Assembly (NCBI GenBank): GCA_977020255.1
Contig: CDROCS010001673.1
Coordinates: forward strand, 310,001 to 374,000
Reading direction: 5' to 3'
Source of the DNA: Obrimoposthia wandeli
Lineage: Eukaryota
Length of the DNA: 64,000 nt
Below the pieces are notes generated by a model. That model was not told where the DNA came from. It searched no databases and saw only the letters and a list, made by a program, of their open reading frames with translations. Positions 1 to 12,160 of this stretch are shown piece by piece. Every line of letters begins with the position of its first letter. The first letter of the stretch is position 1. The position numbers were made by a program, and so were the translations under genes.

Positions 1-870
1 GGGTAACACAGAATTAGATAGTCAGCTACGTCGATTTTGGGAAGTTGAAAATCTTTGTGACAATACAAAAATAATGAACAAGACGGATAAGCTAGTTACG
101 AGAATAGCGTAAAGGCGATGATAATGAAAGAAGGAAGATGTGGAGTGAAGATTCCATGGAAAGATGGGATTATGGAACTTCAAGTTAATGAGCAAATGGT
201 AATGAGAAGATTGCAGAGTTTACAAAGAAGATTAAATAAAGATAATGAATTATCAGAAGATTACTCAAAGATCATTGATGATCAAGTAGAAAAAGGGTAC
301 ATAAGACCACTTAAGAAAGAAAAGACGAAGGAGACGCGATGGTATTTACCGCATTTTCTTGTGATAAAACGGGATCGAAATACTTCTATAGTAAGAATAG
401 TTTTCGACACCGCTGCAAAAGATTGCGGAATGTGTTTGAATGATTTCATTGATAGCGGCCCAAAGCTACAAAGAGAACTGATGGAATTACTTCTCAGATT
501 TAGAGAAAAAAGAATTGCATTGGCTTGTGATATCACGGAAATGTATTTACAAGTAAAAGTAGATCGTTCGGATCAAAAATGGTTACGTTTTTTATAAAAC
601 GACAAAGAAGGACCTATGAATATGAACGGATAGTGTTCGGGTTAAATGTATCGCCATTTTTGGCACAAATGGTATCGAGGGAAAATGCAGAGAAATATAA
701 GGAGAAGTATCCAGAAAGTGCGAGATTGATATTGGAAAATACCTATATGGATGATACATTGTGATCAGTGGATACAGAAGATCTAGCATAGAGTACAAGG
801 TCTGAACTGAAAGAGATACAGAAAGGAACGAAAATGGAAGCCAAAAAATGGATAACGAGTAGTAAAGAAG
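1..870 (+). pseudogene. BEL/Pao LTR-retrotransposon pol fragment (reverse transcriptase), frameshifted
   Basis: Motifs QLRRFWEVE, YLPHF...RIVFDTAAK, LND...GPKLQ..L.ELLLRFR...ALACDI.EMYLQV, then a frameshift to FGLNVSPFLA...YMDD. These are typical Pao/BEL RT signatures. Confidence 0.9.
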
Positions 871-892
871 TAGTAGTGGATAAAGTAGTAGC

Positions 893-1551
893 ACCATATT
901 GTCTGCTATTGGAGTTGGAGTGAGACCATCCCAATCGTCAGTAAACAGGCGCCACTCATCCTCGTCTAATTCTGCCCCCATCGACTCGTTTGCGGCTGAG
1001 GCTCCAGTACTTGGCTATCTCCATTCGTCGATGAATGGAGTAAAGTCCTCCTCCCCATCCAACGGTACGTCATCGGTGAACAGCTTCTGGTTCGAGTCTG
1101 GTGGGAGTACTATCTCCGGCTGAGACAGCGGGGTCAATTTCCAGAGGCGTTTGATTTCCGCCTCAAAATTCTTGAAGATATTGGATCTCCTTGCTGCTAC
1201 TGCTGAAGTTGCCGGACGAGTGGGTTTTGTGTTTTGCCTGGGAGTACAGTCTTCCCAATTCTCATTCGAATCCTGACTAGTCAGGTCGATATATTGGGAT
1301 CTCTGTACCCCACCTCTCATGCTCATTGGTTCTTCTCTCGGAGTTGATCTGGCCAATGGCGGTTCTTCTAGCAACAGCTCGGCTCTTGCTGCTGCTTCTC
1401 CTTCGTCTCCTTCGCTCACCACCGTCGAGTCTTGACTAAGTAAGTCAATGTACTGCGCTGGTGGTGGCGTTCGCTGCTGTACTGGAGAGAGATCCCCATA
1501 TAGTTGAACCTCCATCTCTTCATCCAAATTGACGTTGTTGAAAATTGGCAT
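893..1551 (-). pseudogene. Acidic low-complexity protein with two SIM-like motifs (YIDLLSQDS, YIDLTSQDS); in-frame TAG at 1015-1017
   Basis: ORF 1015..1551 continues in frame through one TAG into ...MGAELDEDEWRLFTDDWDGLTPTP (the track ORF starting at 981 is in the same frame). Confidence 0.6.
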
Positions 1552-2265
1552 TCTTGATTCTTGATTAATGAAAAATAATGAAAAGAGGTTTCCATATATG
1601 CAAAAAACAACAGACTAACCCTCTTTTATCGTCCAATGAAAGTGGGTTATTCAAATAATTTATTTGAAAAATCTATAGGCTTTTATCAATTTTTTAACTA
1701 CGTTTGAATACGATAATGTCATTGGATAAATAAACTATTTTATTCGAAAAAAGTATTATTTTCTTAAGTTTTTGTTGACTGAGTTCATCGTCCAATGAGA
1801 GCGTATTATTCAAATAATTTATTTGAAAATTTATAGTATTTTTTAAAGTTTTTTGATAATGATTGAATACATGTATATCATTGGTTTTAAAATAGTAATA
1901 TTTTCTGACTGTGTATATTTGGAGAGTAAAATGTAAGAAAAACTAGCCTTTTGAGTGTATCTGGATATAAATACTTATAAGGAAAAAAATCGCGACCCTG
2001 TATATATGTATTGCTCGTCAGGCCACCGCGGGCCTCGAAGGGCACGTGTTGGCCCATAGATGGCTTCTCAGGCACTTCCTCACTCTGTGGGACCACTATG
2101 AGATTTACAATTTTAAAGAGTGGGTAATGGGGTTAATTAGTTTTAGGGTGTTGAGGGGTTAATAGAAAATAATTCACTCCACACACACGCACGGTTTTAA
2201 AGGACAATGTTAGCCCCCCTAGGGAGGGGGAGTGGTGTGGATTTGACTGGACACATCCACCTACT
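893..2265 (-). mobile_element. Truncated terminus of a Polinton/Maverick-like element (TIR plus first gene)
   Basis: On the minus strand it begins AGTAGGTGGATG at 2265, the same first 10 nt (AGTAGGTGGA) as the TSD-flanked element at 31435/43136. A GC-rich subterminal block is followed by an acidic ORF resembling the region upstream of PolB at 47036-47668. Confidence 0.6.
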
Positions 2266-2982
2266 CACATGATATTAGAGGGTAAAATTCATAATTAGGT
2301 CACGGCTGATTTTAGGGGATTTTAGTTTAAAATTAGGCGTTTTCTGTTTAAATGCATCAACTTTTATGCGCACAAATTTAAAAACATACTATAATACATC
2401 TATTTTTTCAAGATAATTATCGGTGAAAGTCACATTTTGTTATAGTGCATATGATTTAAAAGTGAAGATTCTATTTGTATTTTATTCAATTCAATTTTAA
2501 ATAAGTTTTTTGTTTTACTTTATCAATTTCAGTGAGTGGGATTTAAAAATTGTGTGTCAATTTTTTGTAAAATCTTTTATTAAAACCTTTCGTTGTTAAA
2601 TCTATTGTAAAAAATTTCGTTGTAAGGAGGTTGAAGTTGATTATTAAAATGCCAAAGTGCATTAATTAAAAATCCAATTAAAACAAAGTTAACAATTAAC
2701 AATTTCCCTAACAATCTTAAATGATTAACAATTCATAATCTACAATCCTAATGTTAATCTCAACATTTGAAGGAAATTATTTTCAGATTGAAGGTGATCC
2801 CAGTCTAGCTTTTAAAGATGATCTTGGTTATTTGATTGCTTCACGTTTAGATGGAGAAATATGGAATATATCAATACACCTAACTGGATTTTGTGCTGAT
2901 GGCCATGAAAAAATACAACCTCTTTGGACTTTGAATGAAGCTAATATGATATTTTATATTTGTTTGATTTAATAAATGTATT

Positions 2983-3114
2983 AGTTATGTTTTATATTGT
3001 AAACATAATTCAAGAGTTAGATTCCACAATACAATATATATTATACTATTTTAAATAGCAATACTTAAACAAATAATTGCAAGTAGGATAATTCCAGTTT
3101 CTGATTACATAACT
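2983..3114 (-). repeat. 3' LTR (132 bp, AGTTATG...CATAACT)
   Basis: About 15 mismatches to 8961-9092 by hand alignment; perfect 7-bp inverted termini. Confidence 0.85.
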
Positions 3115-3246
3115 TTCCACATTCACTATTCAAACTTGCATTTCTTCAGCTATTCGATTCTCCTGGGAAATATTTCTCATTTAAACTGAATTGACACCTG
3201 TTGCGGATTTAAAAATCATATTATTATATATGGGCCTTCATACTTG

Positions 3247-4978
3247 TGTTAGGATTAGGTTTTGGTAAAATTAAATAATTAATTGAATTTATAGTAAAAT
3301 AAAAATCCTTGGAAACAAGGTCATAATTAAAATAAAAGTTAGATTAAAATTTAAATTATCGAAATTAAAATGGTATTTTAAATATTAAGGACCACGAAGG
3401 TCATGTATAATGCGTAAGTATTTATAGAGGTTAAAATTTAAGCAAAGGGCCCCTAAAAAAGAGTTAGCCGAAAAAGGAATTTAGCCTCGATATTGAGATA
3501 CAGATAAGACCAGCAAGAAGCAATCAATAAGAAGAGAATCTTATTAATTAATCAGAGAAGACAAGAAAAAGAAGAAATTCATTATCGACGCCAACAAATA
3601 AATCTATCTCCGAAGAAGCACTGAAAACACGACAGCCGGAATCCCGCCACTAAGTAAGAGCACTTAATTTTAAGTGAAATCAATTATATTTAGGATACAT
3701 ATTCGTCCATTAACAGACAAGAAGCCATTACCGAGCATCCAGTCCAGTAGCACTATCCGAGCAGCAAGCAAACACTGCTAATTTCCAGCTGATACCCAGA
3801 CAACAAGGTAATAGCACTTAATTTAAGTGCAAATTTAATTCATTGCAGGAAACAGGACTATATAAAGAAGATAGAGATCGGAGAGCGGGCAGTGCTGAGT
3901 GAGACTGAATAGAAATTACTTATTACAGAAATCAGAAGAGTTAATTGTTCCGGACCGCATTGATTATTCCTGTTGAAAACGAGAAAGAAGGAAGAACCGA
4001 CAGACGAGAAGATACTCTGAAAATCAACAAAAGAAGGTGAGCCGTACGCGATAAGAGCGGAGTAAATTGATAAATTAATAAAGACTATTTAAAAAGTCTA
4101 AAATTCATTTATAAAGTTTCGTTTTGCCTTTGATAAATTGCGTAAAAGATAAAAGATTTTGCATTTGATAAATTGCGTAAAAGATAAAAGATTTTGCATT
4201 TGATAAATTGCGTAAAAGATAAAAGATTTTGCGTTTGATAAATTGCGTAAAAGATAAAAGATTTTGCATTTGATAAATTGCGTAAAAGATAAAAGATTTT
4301 GCGTTTGATAAATTGCGTAAAAGATAAAAGATTTTGCATTTGATAAATTGCGTAAAAGATAAAAGATTTTGCATTTGATAAATTCAATTATAAAGTTTCG
4401 TTTTGCCTTTGATAAATTACGTAAAAGATAAAAGATTTTGCGTTTGATAAATTGCGTACAAAGATAAAAGATTTTACCTTTGATAAATTGCGTAAAAGAT
4501 AAAAGATTGTGCATTTGATAAATTGCGTACAAAGATAAAAGAATTAGATATAGTTTGCGAATAAATATAAGTTGCCTAAAGGAATCCATAACCTTCACCT
4601 TACCCTGTATTAGAGTAAAGACTATAGCGACCAACCAACCCTAACTTAAAATCGATACGTGGTTCATCCCCACTTGTGTAGAGACTTATATAAGTCTTAG
4701 GGATTTTATTGTAACTTTTTAGAACGTACTTAGACGTGTTAATTCGTGTTAGTTTAGTGTGCTTAGTAATAAACGATTTCCTACTACTAGAAAGCGTTGT
4801 CCTAAACCCTTCTGATTAAAACAAAACAACAAACCTTCAGATAAGAATTGAGACAGGCAAGCATAACATTAAGTAGGCCACAACCATCTACAAGTCCTGC
4901 TTCTATAGAACTCACGTTGGGGCCCTCCACAGTCAGAGGATCTATATTAGAACACAGTTTCATATAGAAACCCCAACA
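3247..4978 (+). mobile_element. Solo LTR, family A (1732 bp)
   Basis: TGTTAGG...CCCCAACA termini, 4-bp TSD CTTG on both sides, shared blocks GGACCACGAAGGTCAT and GAACTCACGTTGGGGCCC. Confidence 0.92.
4108..4560. repeat. 35-bp minisatellite (about 12-13 copies) inside the LTR
   Basis: Unit TTTTGCATTTGATAAATTGCGTAAAAGATAAAAGA; period 35 (4141, 4176...). Confidence 0.95.
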
Positions 4979-6253
4979 CTTGTCATTATTATTGCTTCTT
5001 TTAATTGGGTCCTTTTTAACAAACACCTTTTTATTGACTTCAAATATCCTTTTCCCTCTTCTTTTATTATCTAACTTCTTTAACTTTACAGCTGTGACTT
5101 GTTGGTTCCTCCTTACGTCTTGAATGATATTTTCTTTATTGTTTGTTGTTGCATTTGATGCTTGAATTGTTATTATTCTTCCATAAATGACCTCAAACGG
5201 TGAATGCTGTGAAGAACTATTTACTGCTGCATTTATAGCTAATTCAATTTGTGGCAATAAATAGTGCCAACATTTTGCTGTTTTACTAGACGCTATTGTC
5301 AAAACAATGATAGCTCTTCTAACTCTTTCTGCTATACCGTTGCTATTGTTGATAAGGTGCTGTAAGCTCCTGTTCAATACCAAATTTTTGTAGCCAATTC
5401 TGAAAATAATTTCCAGTAAATATTCATTATCTATCTGTTAAAATGCTCTTAGGTATTCCAAATGTATATATCTAATTTGTCTCGAGGGCTTTAGTAATTG
5501 TTATTTCATCTTCTTTTGTAGTTGCTTATAGTGATACCAGTTTACTAAATAGATCGATTACTATCAACATATATTTCTTTTTAGATCTTCCTTCCTTCAT
5601 GTGGGCTATATCGACAACTATTTGATCTAAAAACGTTCTTTGACTATATAAATATGTATTTCTTTTATTTTGCTAGTTTCAATGTTTCTTTGGCTCATAA
5701 AACGCATTTTGATATACATTCTTTTATTTTTTTTGAAACATTCCTTTTAAATAGAAGTTATCTTTCATATAGTTATAAACCTTTGCTGTCCTAGGTGACA
5801 AAGATTTTGTTGAATTTCATTAAACAATTTCATTGGTGTTCTTCGGAGGTGTGAAAAAAAATTTGAAAAAATTTGTTCAAAATAAAAAATAGTAAAACAG
5901 AGTTTAAGTTTTTTTTATCAGATAAATCCAACTTCTTTTTCATTCTTCTGATAAATCCTTACTTTCCAATAGGAGGAAAACTTTCATTTATTTTACGTGA
6001 ATATATTCTTGATGTATTTTCCTTATCTTATTAAAGAAGTTGTCTTCATTTAGTGAGTACCTATATCATATTTTAAATATCTTCTCTAGTGCATATATAT
6101 GTTTAGTTTCACACTGAGCTCATACTGTTTAATTTAAATTGATATGCCATCGGCATTACTATGGTCAATACCTTTACGATGTTCTAACTTAAAATTAAAT
6201 TCTAATAAATTTGTCAGCCATGTTTGAAATTGAAGACTCATTGTTTTTTTCGT

Positions 6254-7400
6254 TTATAAAAACACTAATGCTTTATGATCTGTTCTAGCCCAAAATTCTG
6301 TTCCATATAAATATTGTTTGAAACGCATAATAAATTTGTATACTGCTAAATGTTCTTTTCTGGTTACACAATATCTTTTCTCATGCGAAGTCAAATGTCT
6401 TGAAGCGTATGCAATCACTTTTTCGTTTCTAATTTTATTCAGTTGGCTCAAAACAGCCTCAATTGCACCAAAACTTGCGTCTGTATCAATTATAATTTTT
6501 ATGTTTCGCCTGGGAAAGTCTAATATGGGAGCTGTTGATAATATTTCTTCCAGCGGTGCAAAACTTGGTTTACAATCCGGTGACCATTGTATTGACTTGT
6601 TATCTTTGGACCCACTGCATATAGTGAAGCTGCAATATTTGCATAATCTTTAATAAATCATTGATAATAGTTTGCCATTCCTAAAAATGATTTTAGTTTT
6701 CCGCTATAATCTGGTTATATTAAATGTATAATTTCGTTGAGTTTCGACTGATTTGTATGTATTTCGCTTTCTGTATGGTACGACCTAGGAATTTTAATTG
6801 TTTCTGATCAATGTAGCAGTTATTAGGGTTTATTTTGAGGCTTGTCGCTGCAATTCTTTTGATACCTTCCTTAATATTTTATAATGTTCTTCTTGGTTGT
6901 TACTATAAACAAGGATATCACTCAAATATACAATTATTTCTTTGAACTGCAAACCATCCAATATTTTTTATATCAAACTCTGGAATGTTGCAGGTGCTGT
7001 TGCCAACCCAAATGGCAACCGATTGAAACAAAATTGTCCCAGTTTTGTACTGAGAGCAGTTTTTGTCAGATGCTCATTTTTTAGATCTATCTGGTAATAA
7101 GCCTTTCCAATATCTAGTGTCGTAAATAATTTTTCATCACACATTCATTCGAATAACAGTTGTCAATCTGGTATGGGAAATGTAAACTTCTTGGTTACAT
7201 CATTCAATTGTCTGTAGTCAACACACATTCAAATTGTATTGTCTGGTTTTGTCACAATGACCAATAGCGAGTTCCAAGGACTTTCACAACGCCTAATTAC
7301 GTTTAGTTTGAGTAAATTTAAAATAATTTCATCAACTTGGTTATCTAAATGCATTGGTTGTCATCTAAGATTTTGACAAATTGGATCGGCAATAGTCTCA
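6254..7400 (-). pseudogene. gypsy reverse transcriptase / RNase H, multiply disrupted
   Basis: MCVDYRQLNDVTKKFTFPIPD, FTTLDIGKAYYQI; RNase H VIAYASRHLTSHEKRYCVTRKEHLA...RTDHKAL. Confidence 0.85.
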
Positions 7401-7557
7401 ATTTTATTAGAGACAATTTTGGTATATCCTAGATCACATTTACAACATATAAATATTTTCCCAAACTATTCAATATAATGTCCTAGAATTGAGTCTCTAT
7501 CGCATTTTAAAGAATTACATATTTTATCTGTTCTTTCTTTCGAGGAAAACATTTTCA

Positions 7558-7818
7558 TCATGCGAGACGAGCCCAATTTACATACTTCCTACAACTTAAA
7601 TCAGGTTTAATTTCTTTTATAACAATTACTTTCCAAACTTTCTCCTTTCCATTCCATAACACTTTAGTATTAAACATACCTAAAGGTTTTTGATGACTAC
7701 TCGAAAAATCTCCACTAAGATATAAATTACTATGTCTCATTTTGTGACATCCTACTTTCTTCCAAAAATCCTTACTCATTACAGTAACTGATGCTCCGGA
7801 GTCCCACAGCATTTCCAC
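7558..7818 (-). pseudogene. gypsy aspartic protease
   Basis: LWDSGASVTVMS catalytic motif downstream of gag. Confidence 0.85.
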
Positions 7819-8008
7819 ATATACATCATATACATATTTTCATTTTGCTTTGGTTCTATATGCTCGATCTCACCGACGAAATGTGAGCAATGAGATCGCT
7901 CACGTTTTCCTGATTTACATCAGGTATTACCTTGTCGTTATAATTACAATCTTCTAAATCTTCATTATTTTCACCCACTTCTTCTGTTATACAGAGTACT
8001 ATTGAAGT

Positions 8009-8984
8009 TTAATGTGGGTTTCTTAAAATATAGCAGCTGTTAAAATTGTGACTTTCTTTTCCGCAAATCAAATATTTGTGATTGAGAGGACATGGATTTC
8101 GAAAATGACCATTTTCATCACAACAAAAACATGCTCCTGGCTGAAGTTCTTCACTTTTTGTGACAGGCAGTCTCTTGGTTAAGTTATATTTTCTTTTACC
8201 TATATGTTTTAAGGAAAACCTTCGCATTGGTCTCTTATTATTTTGATTTTGGGCGTCTCTATTTATGTATATTTTTTTCTTCATTAACATAATTTCGTTG
8301 TTCGTGATGTACTGTTACTGCTACTGGGTGTTTCTTCGTATTGTCTGAGAAATCAGGACGTTATTTGCATGTATTTGCATATGTATTCTGAATTTGTGCG
8401 ATCTCGGTTTTCCTTTTCTCAATTTCGTTATAAATCTTTACTATTCAACTCTATTTCTTCTTGGGACACCTGCTGGTTTAATAAGAACTACTTATTCAGT
8501 TTTTCACTTCTTACTAAATATTTCATAAAAGCGTCAGTTCGATCATATTTGATAAAATTATTGTCCAACATGGCCTAAACAAGTTTTTTCACTCTAATGC
8601 TGAACGCTGAGAAACGTTCGCCTTCTTCTTGCTTCACTTTTGCTAGTTTGCAAGCTTTGTCAACGATGGATTTCCTTTCAACCCATTTTTTGACTTCGAT
8701 TTATGAATTTAAACTTTCACTGGCATCCTTTCATAATAATCTAGCTTATTCGGACAACAGAAACTCAAATGCATCCCCAATATTAATCTGATTCGCGTCA
8801 ACCCTATATTTTTAAACCATTTTTCATCTTCCTTTGAACTCATTCCATTGTATCTTCTTAAATTGTACTGAAACGTCATTCTTTGCTCTTTTGGCATAGT
8901 CTTGAGAACATTCTTCTTTGATTGACTTCTCGTCACTACATTTATTTCGGCGTGGTCGCCAGTTATGTTTTCTATAGTAGACAT
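8009..8984 (-). pseudogene. gag: gypsy gag, fragmented, with two zinc knuckles
   Basis: CFCCDENGHFRNPC and (Y)LICGKESHNFNSC in 8009..8290; N-terminal piece 8709..8984 starts next to the PBS. Confidence 0.75.
8951..8961 (-). promoter_or_regulatory. Primer-binding site TGGCGACCACG (complementary to a tRNA-Arg(UCG)-type 3' end)
   Basis: 11-nt sequence on the minus strand sharing its first T with the last base of the LTR. Confidence 0.7.
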
Positions 8985-9092
8985 AAATCAAGAGTTAGAT
9001 TCCACAACACAATTTATATTCTGATTATTTAAATAGTAATACTTAAAGAAATAATTGCAAGTAGGATAATTCCGGTTTCTGATTACATAATT
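8961..9092 (-). repeat. 5' LTR (132 bp)
   Basis: Direct repeat of 2983-3114; directly abuts the PBS. Confidence 0.85.
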
Positions 9093-9302
9093 TTCGTCTT
9101 GTATTTTGTTATTTTTCTCCAAAAAATATTGAAGTCTAACCTACATATTTTTGGATTCTCAATCTACTCTAGCCAGGCATAAAAATAGTCATTTATTCAT
9201 ACAAAATTATCATCTAAAATCTCGTCAGCTTTCGGAATTCATGTGGTCTTATAAAATCTGTTGGATCTTTTTTAGAGTACTTAGGTGCATCCTTGGAGGT
9301 CG

Positions 9303-9409
9303 GAAGTGAAATTAATACACACATGCACGAAATTTCACTATTGATACACATGCACAGGTTTAAAGGACATTATGGGGAGTGGTGGATTAGACCAGATACA
9401 TCCACTTCT
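9303..9409 (-). mobile_element. Short relic of a Polinton-type terminus
   Basis: ACACATGCACAGGTTTAAAGGACA...GGGGAGTGGTGGATT...CATCCACTTCT aligns with 2180-2265. Confidence 0.55.
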
Positions 9410-10099
9410 AGTTTAAATTTATAAAATATTTAAATGAATTTTAAACCAATTAAAAAATGAGTTTTTAAAAATAAACATACCCCAAAACTTTCTCGTAATT
9501 AAATTAAACATATTTGTCTTTATAATTTTTTAATGTTTTTTAACTAGTTAAAAGAGACGACAAATTAACAAGTTACAGCTGATGGTCTAGAGTCTAGACT
9601 ACCTTTTGGTCTTATGTTCTATGATCCTATAGAATAAAAACACGTTTTATAAGAACCAAATATTTATTAAATATATATAAAAGTCAAATCATAAGATTTA
9701 ATTGTAAAACCATAAAATACACAGAGGGTCACAATTAGTTATCAATGGATGTTTGGAACGAGTCTTGTTATAATGTACATGACAGTTTTCAGCTTTGTGT
9801 AATTCCAAAAGTACAATGGGGTAGTAAACTCCAATTAGATAGAAAAATGTTAACGACACTGCTCGGCGCGAATTGTGCAATACAATGTTCTCCAGACATA
9901 TTTGATGAATGGGTATTGATGATATTGTGTATTGTGCTAAAGCAGCTGTTTTTTGTTCAGGCCCTTTTGTTAACCTGAATAGTATTACATTAATAAAGTA
10001 TTTAAGGTAAAATAAGCTTACATCACATATACACGTGTCTGTTTTTCATTATTTGAATCTCATAGTCGAAAATTCCATAAATCACTTTATTTCAAGTTT

Positions 10100-10730
10100 C
10101 AAATTACCTTGATATGGTAATGCGACGGTGTTCATATCACGACGGTTGCTAATACAAAAGTGAATAATGGATAATTATTTTTAAATCATCAATGGTAATA
10201 ACGTGGTTTATATTCTTGTCAAAGTAAGCCATGTTTCTATTGATTGATAGAATATGTGCAAAGGTGATTAGGTTGGCTTTAAAATTTGAGCAATATGGTT
10301 GTAATCAGTTTTTCAAGCCAAATAAACAGTCCTAATTGTTATATAATCAAATGTCGATGAATTCATTGATGGTGAATAGGGAGATAGGCATATTTGAAAA
10401 CAACGACATCCAACCATAACGGATGGTCTATGTTCTCTGGGAACAAAAATCATGAGTCATCGATGATGCCATCTATCACCTATGCTCTTTTTTTAGTAAC
10501 ATATTTTCAAACTTACATATGTTTAGACTTGAAGATCGTATGACATGCGGTTTTCACTATAGGTTATTGACATTTATCATTTCGTACCTCAAAGCTACAC
10601 CAGTATGGATTATACAACAATAATTTTCAAATCTTTCAATTTATTTTATATTTAAGTAACAATATCATTTAGGAACATTCATAATAATGGGATGTAAAAC
10701 AGTGTTAGATGAAATCAAAAGAATTGAATC
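10100..10730 (+). pseudogene. Highly degenerate retroviral-type integrase relic
   Basis: Broken motifs GNNVVYILV and GI.KTTTSNH..TDGL across frameshifts; a PPT-like AAATGGGAAGG followed by TGTTATA near 12855 beyond the inserted LTR. Confidence 0.3.
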
Positions 10731-11329
10731 TGTTGGGGTTTCTATACGAAACTTGTACAGATCCTCTTAAATGCGGAGGGCCCCAACGTGAGTTCGAATA
10801 GAAGCAGGTCTTAAAGTTGGTCGTGGCCTACTTAGTGTTATGGTTGCCTATCTCTTGTACTATCTGAAGGTGTTTGATTTGACGTCTCTTAATCTGAAGG
10901 GTGCAAAAACAACTTGTCCTAATGTAGGAAATCGTTTATTGGTAATTCACGAAACTAAACACAATAATACGTTTATGTACGTATTTTCTAAAAAGTATAG
11001 TAAAAATTCCTAAGACTTCTGTAAGTCTCTACAACAAGTGGGGATGAACCACGTATCGATTTTACGTTCGGGGTGATCGAGATTTTAGAGTTATTCTTCT
11101 TGCTCGAGAATAAGCTCGCGTTATAGATTCCTTAATAATTTTACTTCGCTATCGGCTTGAATTTCGGGGTTAAACCTTTATTCTTATGACGATAAAGGTG
11201 CGATTGCAATCTTCTTCCTAGGTTGGTTAATTTATAACACAACTCTCTTAAAACTTCTTCAACTTAACTTAGAACGTGTGGGTAAAGTTTTCTTAACTCG
11301 GCAATTCTATTGCTGTGAATTCAAACACG

Positions 11330-11920
11330 AATTGCCAACTGTGGACAATGATTCGTATAAAAACCTAATTGTCAACGATGGACAATGAATACGCGATCCT
11401 AATTGTCAACGTGGGACAATGAATATGTGATCCTAATTGTCAACGAGGGACAATGAATATGCGATCCGAATTGTCAACTAGGGACAATGATGTGATCCGA
11501 ATTGTCAACTAGGGACAATGATGTGATCCGAATTGTCAACTAGGGACAATGAATATTAGACGCAATTCGAAACAATATTAGAGACAAATCCTAATTGTCA
11601 ACTAAGGACAATGAATATTAAACACAAATTCGAACAATATTAGAGACAATTCCTAATTGTCAACTAGGGACAATGAATATTAAACACAAATTCGAAACAA
11701 TATTAGAGACAAATCCTAATTGTCAACTAGGGACAATGAATATTAAACACAATTTCGAAACGATATTAGAGACAAATCCTAATTGTCAACTAGGGACAAT
11801 GAATATGTTAAAGACAAATCCTAATTGTCAACTAGGGACAATGAATATGTTAAAGACAAATCCTAATTGTCAACAAGGGACAATGAATCTATCCTAATTG
11901 TCAACTAGGGACAATGAATA
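11330..11920. repeat. Variable-length minisatellite (core CCTAATTGTCAACTAGGGACAATGAAT; about 30, 42 and 63-bp units)
   Basis: Directly visible tandem copies inside the LTR. Confidence 0.9.
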
Positions 11921-11987
11921 TTTTAGACAGTTTTCTCACCTATGCTGCGACTAGCTGCGACTAAGTCAAATCCGGTACTGGATCCGT

Positions 11988-12160
11988 ATGTAGTTTGGGA
12001 ATAGCTTTCTTCTAATCAGTCAAATGTAGTTTGGGAATAGCTTTCTTCTAATCAGTCAAATGTAGTTTGGGAATAGCTTTCTTCTAATCAGTCAAATGTA
12101 GTTTGGAATAGCTTTCTTCAAATCAGTCAAATGTAGTTTGGGAATAGCTTTCTTCTAATC
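11988..12160. repeat. 36-bp minisatellite (about 4.5 copies)
   Basis: GTAGTTTGGGAATAGCTTTCTTCTAATCAGTCAAAT at 11990, 12026... Confidence 0.92.

Larger units (their letters stand above)
3150..5750 (-). pseudogene. gypsy integrase split by the solo LTR at 3247-4978
   Basis: SNGIAER...W...LPQIELAINAAVNSSSQHSPFEVIYGR. Removing the insertion joins ...KRSNNNDK to YEGPYII (GPY/F motif). Confidence 0.85.
2983..9092 (-). mobile_element. Decayed Ty3/gypsy LTR retrotransposon with 132-bp LTRs
   Basis: Direct repeats at 2983-3114 and 8961-9092, a PBS, and minus-strand gag (CCHC knuckles), protease LWDSGAS, RT (CVDYRQLN, TLDIGKAYYQI), RNase H (IAYASR.L...E.RY) and integrase in gypsy order. Confidence 0.9.

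Noticed and set aside
2751-2972. 73-aa ORF
   Set aside because: No motif, homolog or splice context recognised.
4098-4634. Long repetitive ORFs in three frames
   Set aside because: Read-through of the 35-bp minisatellite inside a solo LTR; no coding signal.
4802-5383. 193-aa ORF as an intact gene
   Set aside because: Chimera of gypsy integrase and the inserted LTR.
11673-11897. Repeat peptide ORF (TNPNCQLGTMN)
   Set aside because: Translation of an LTR minisatellite.
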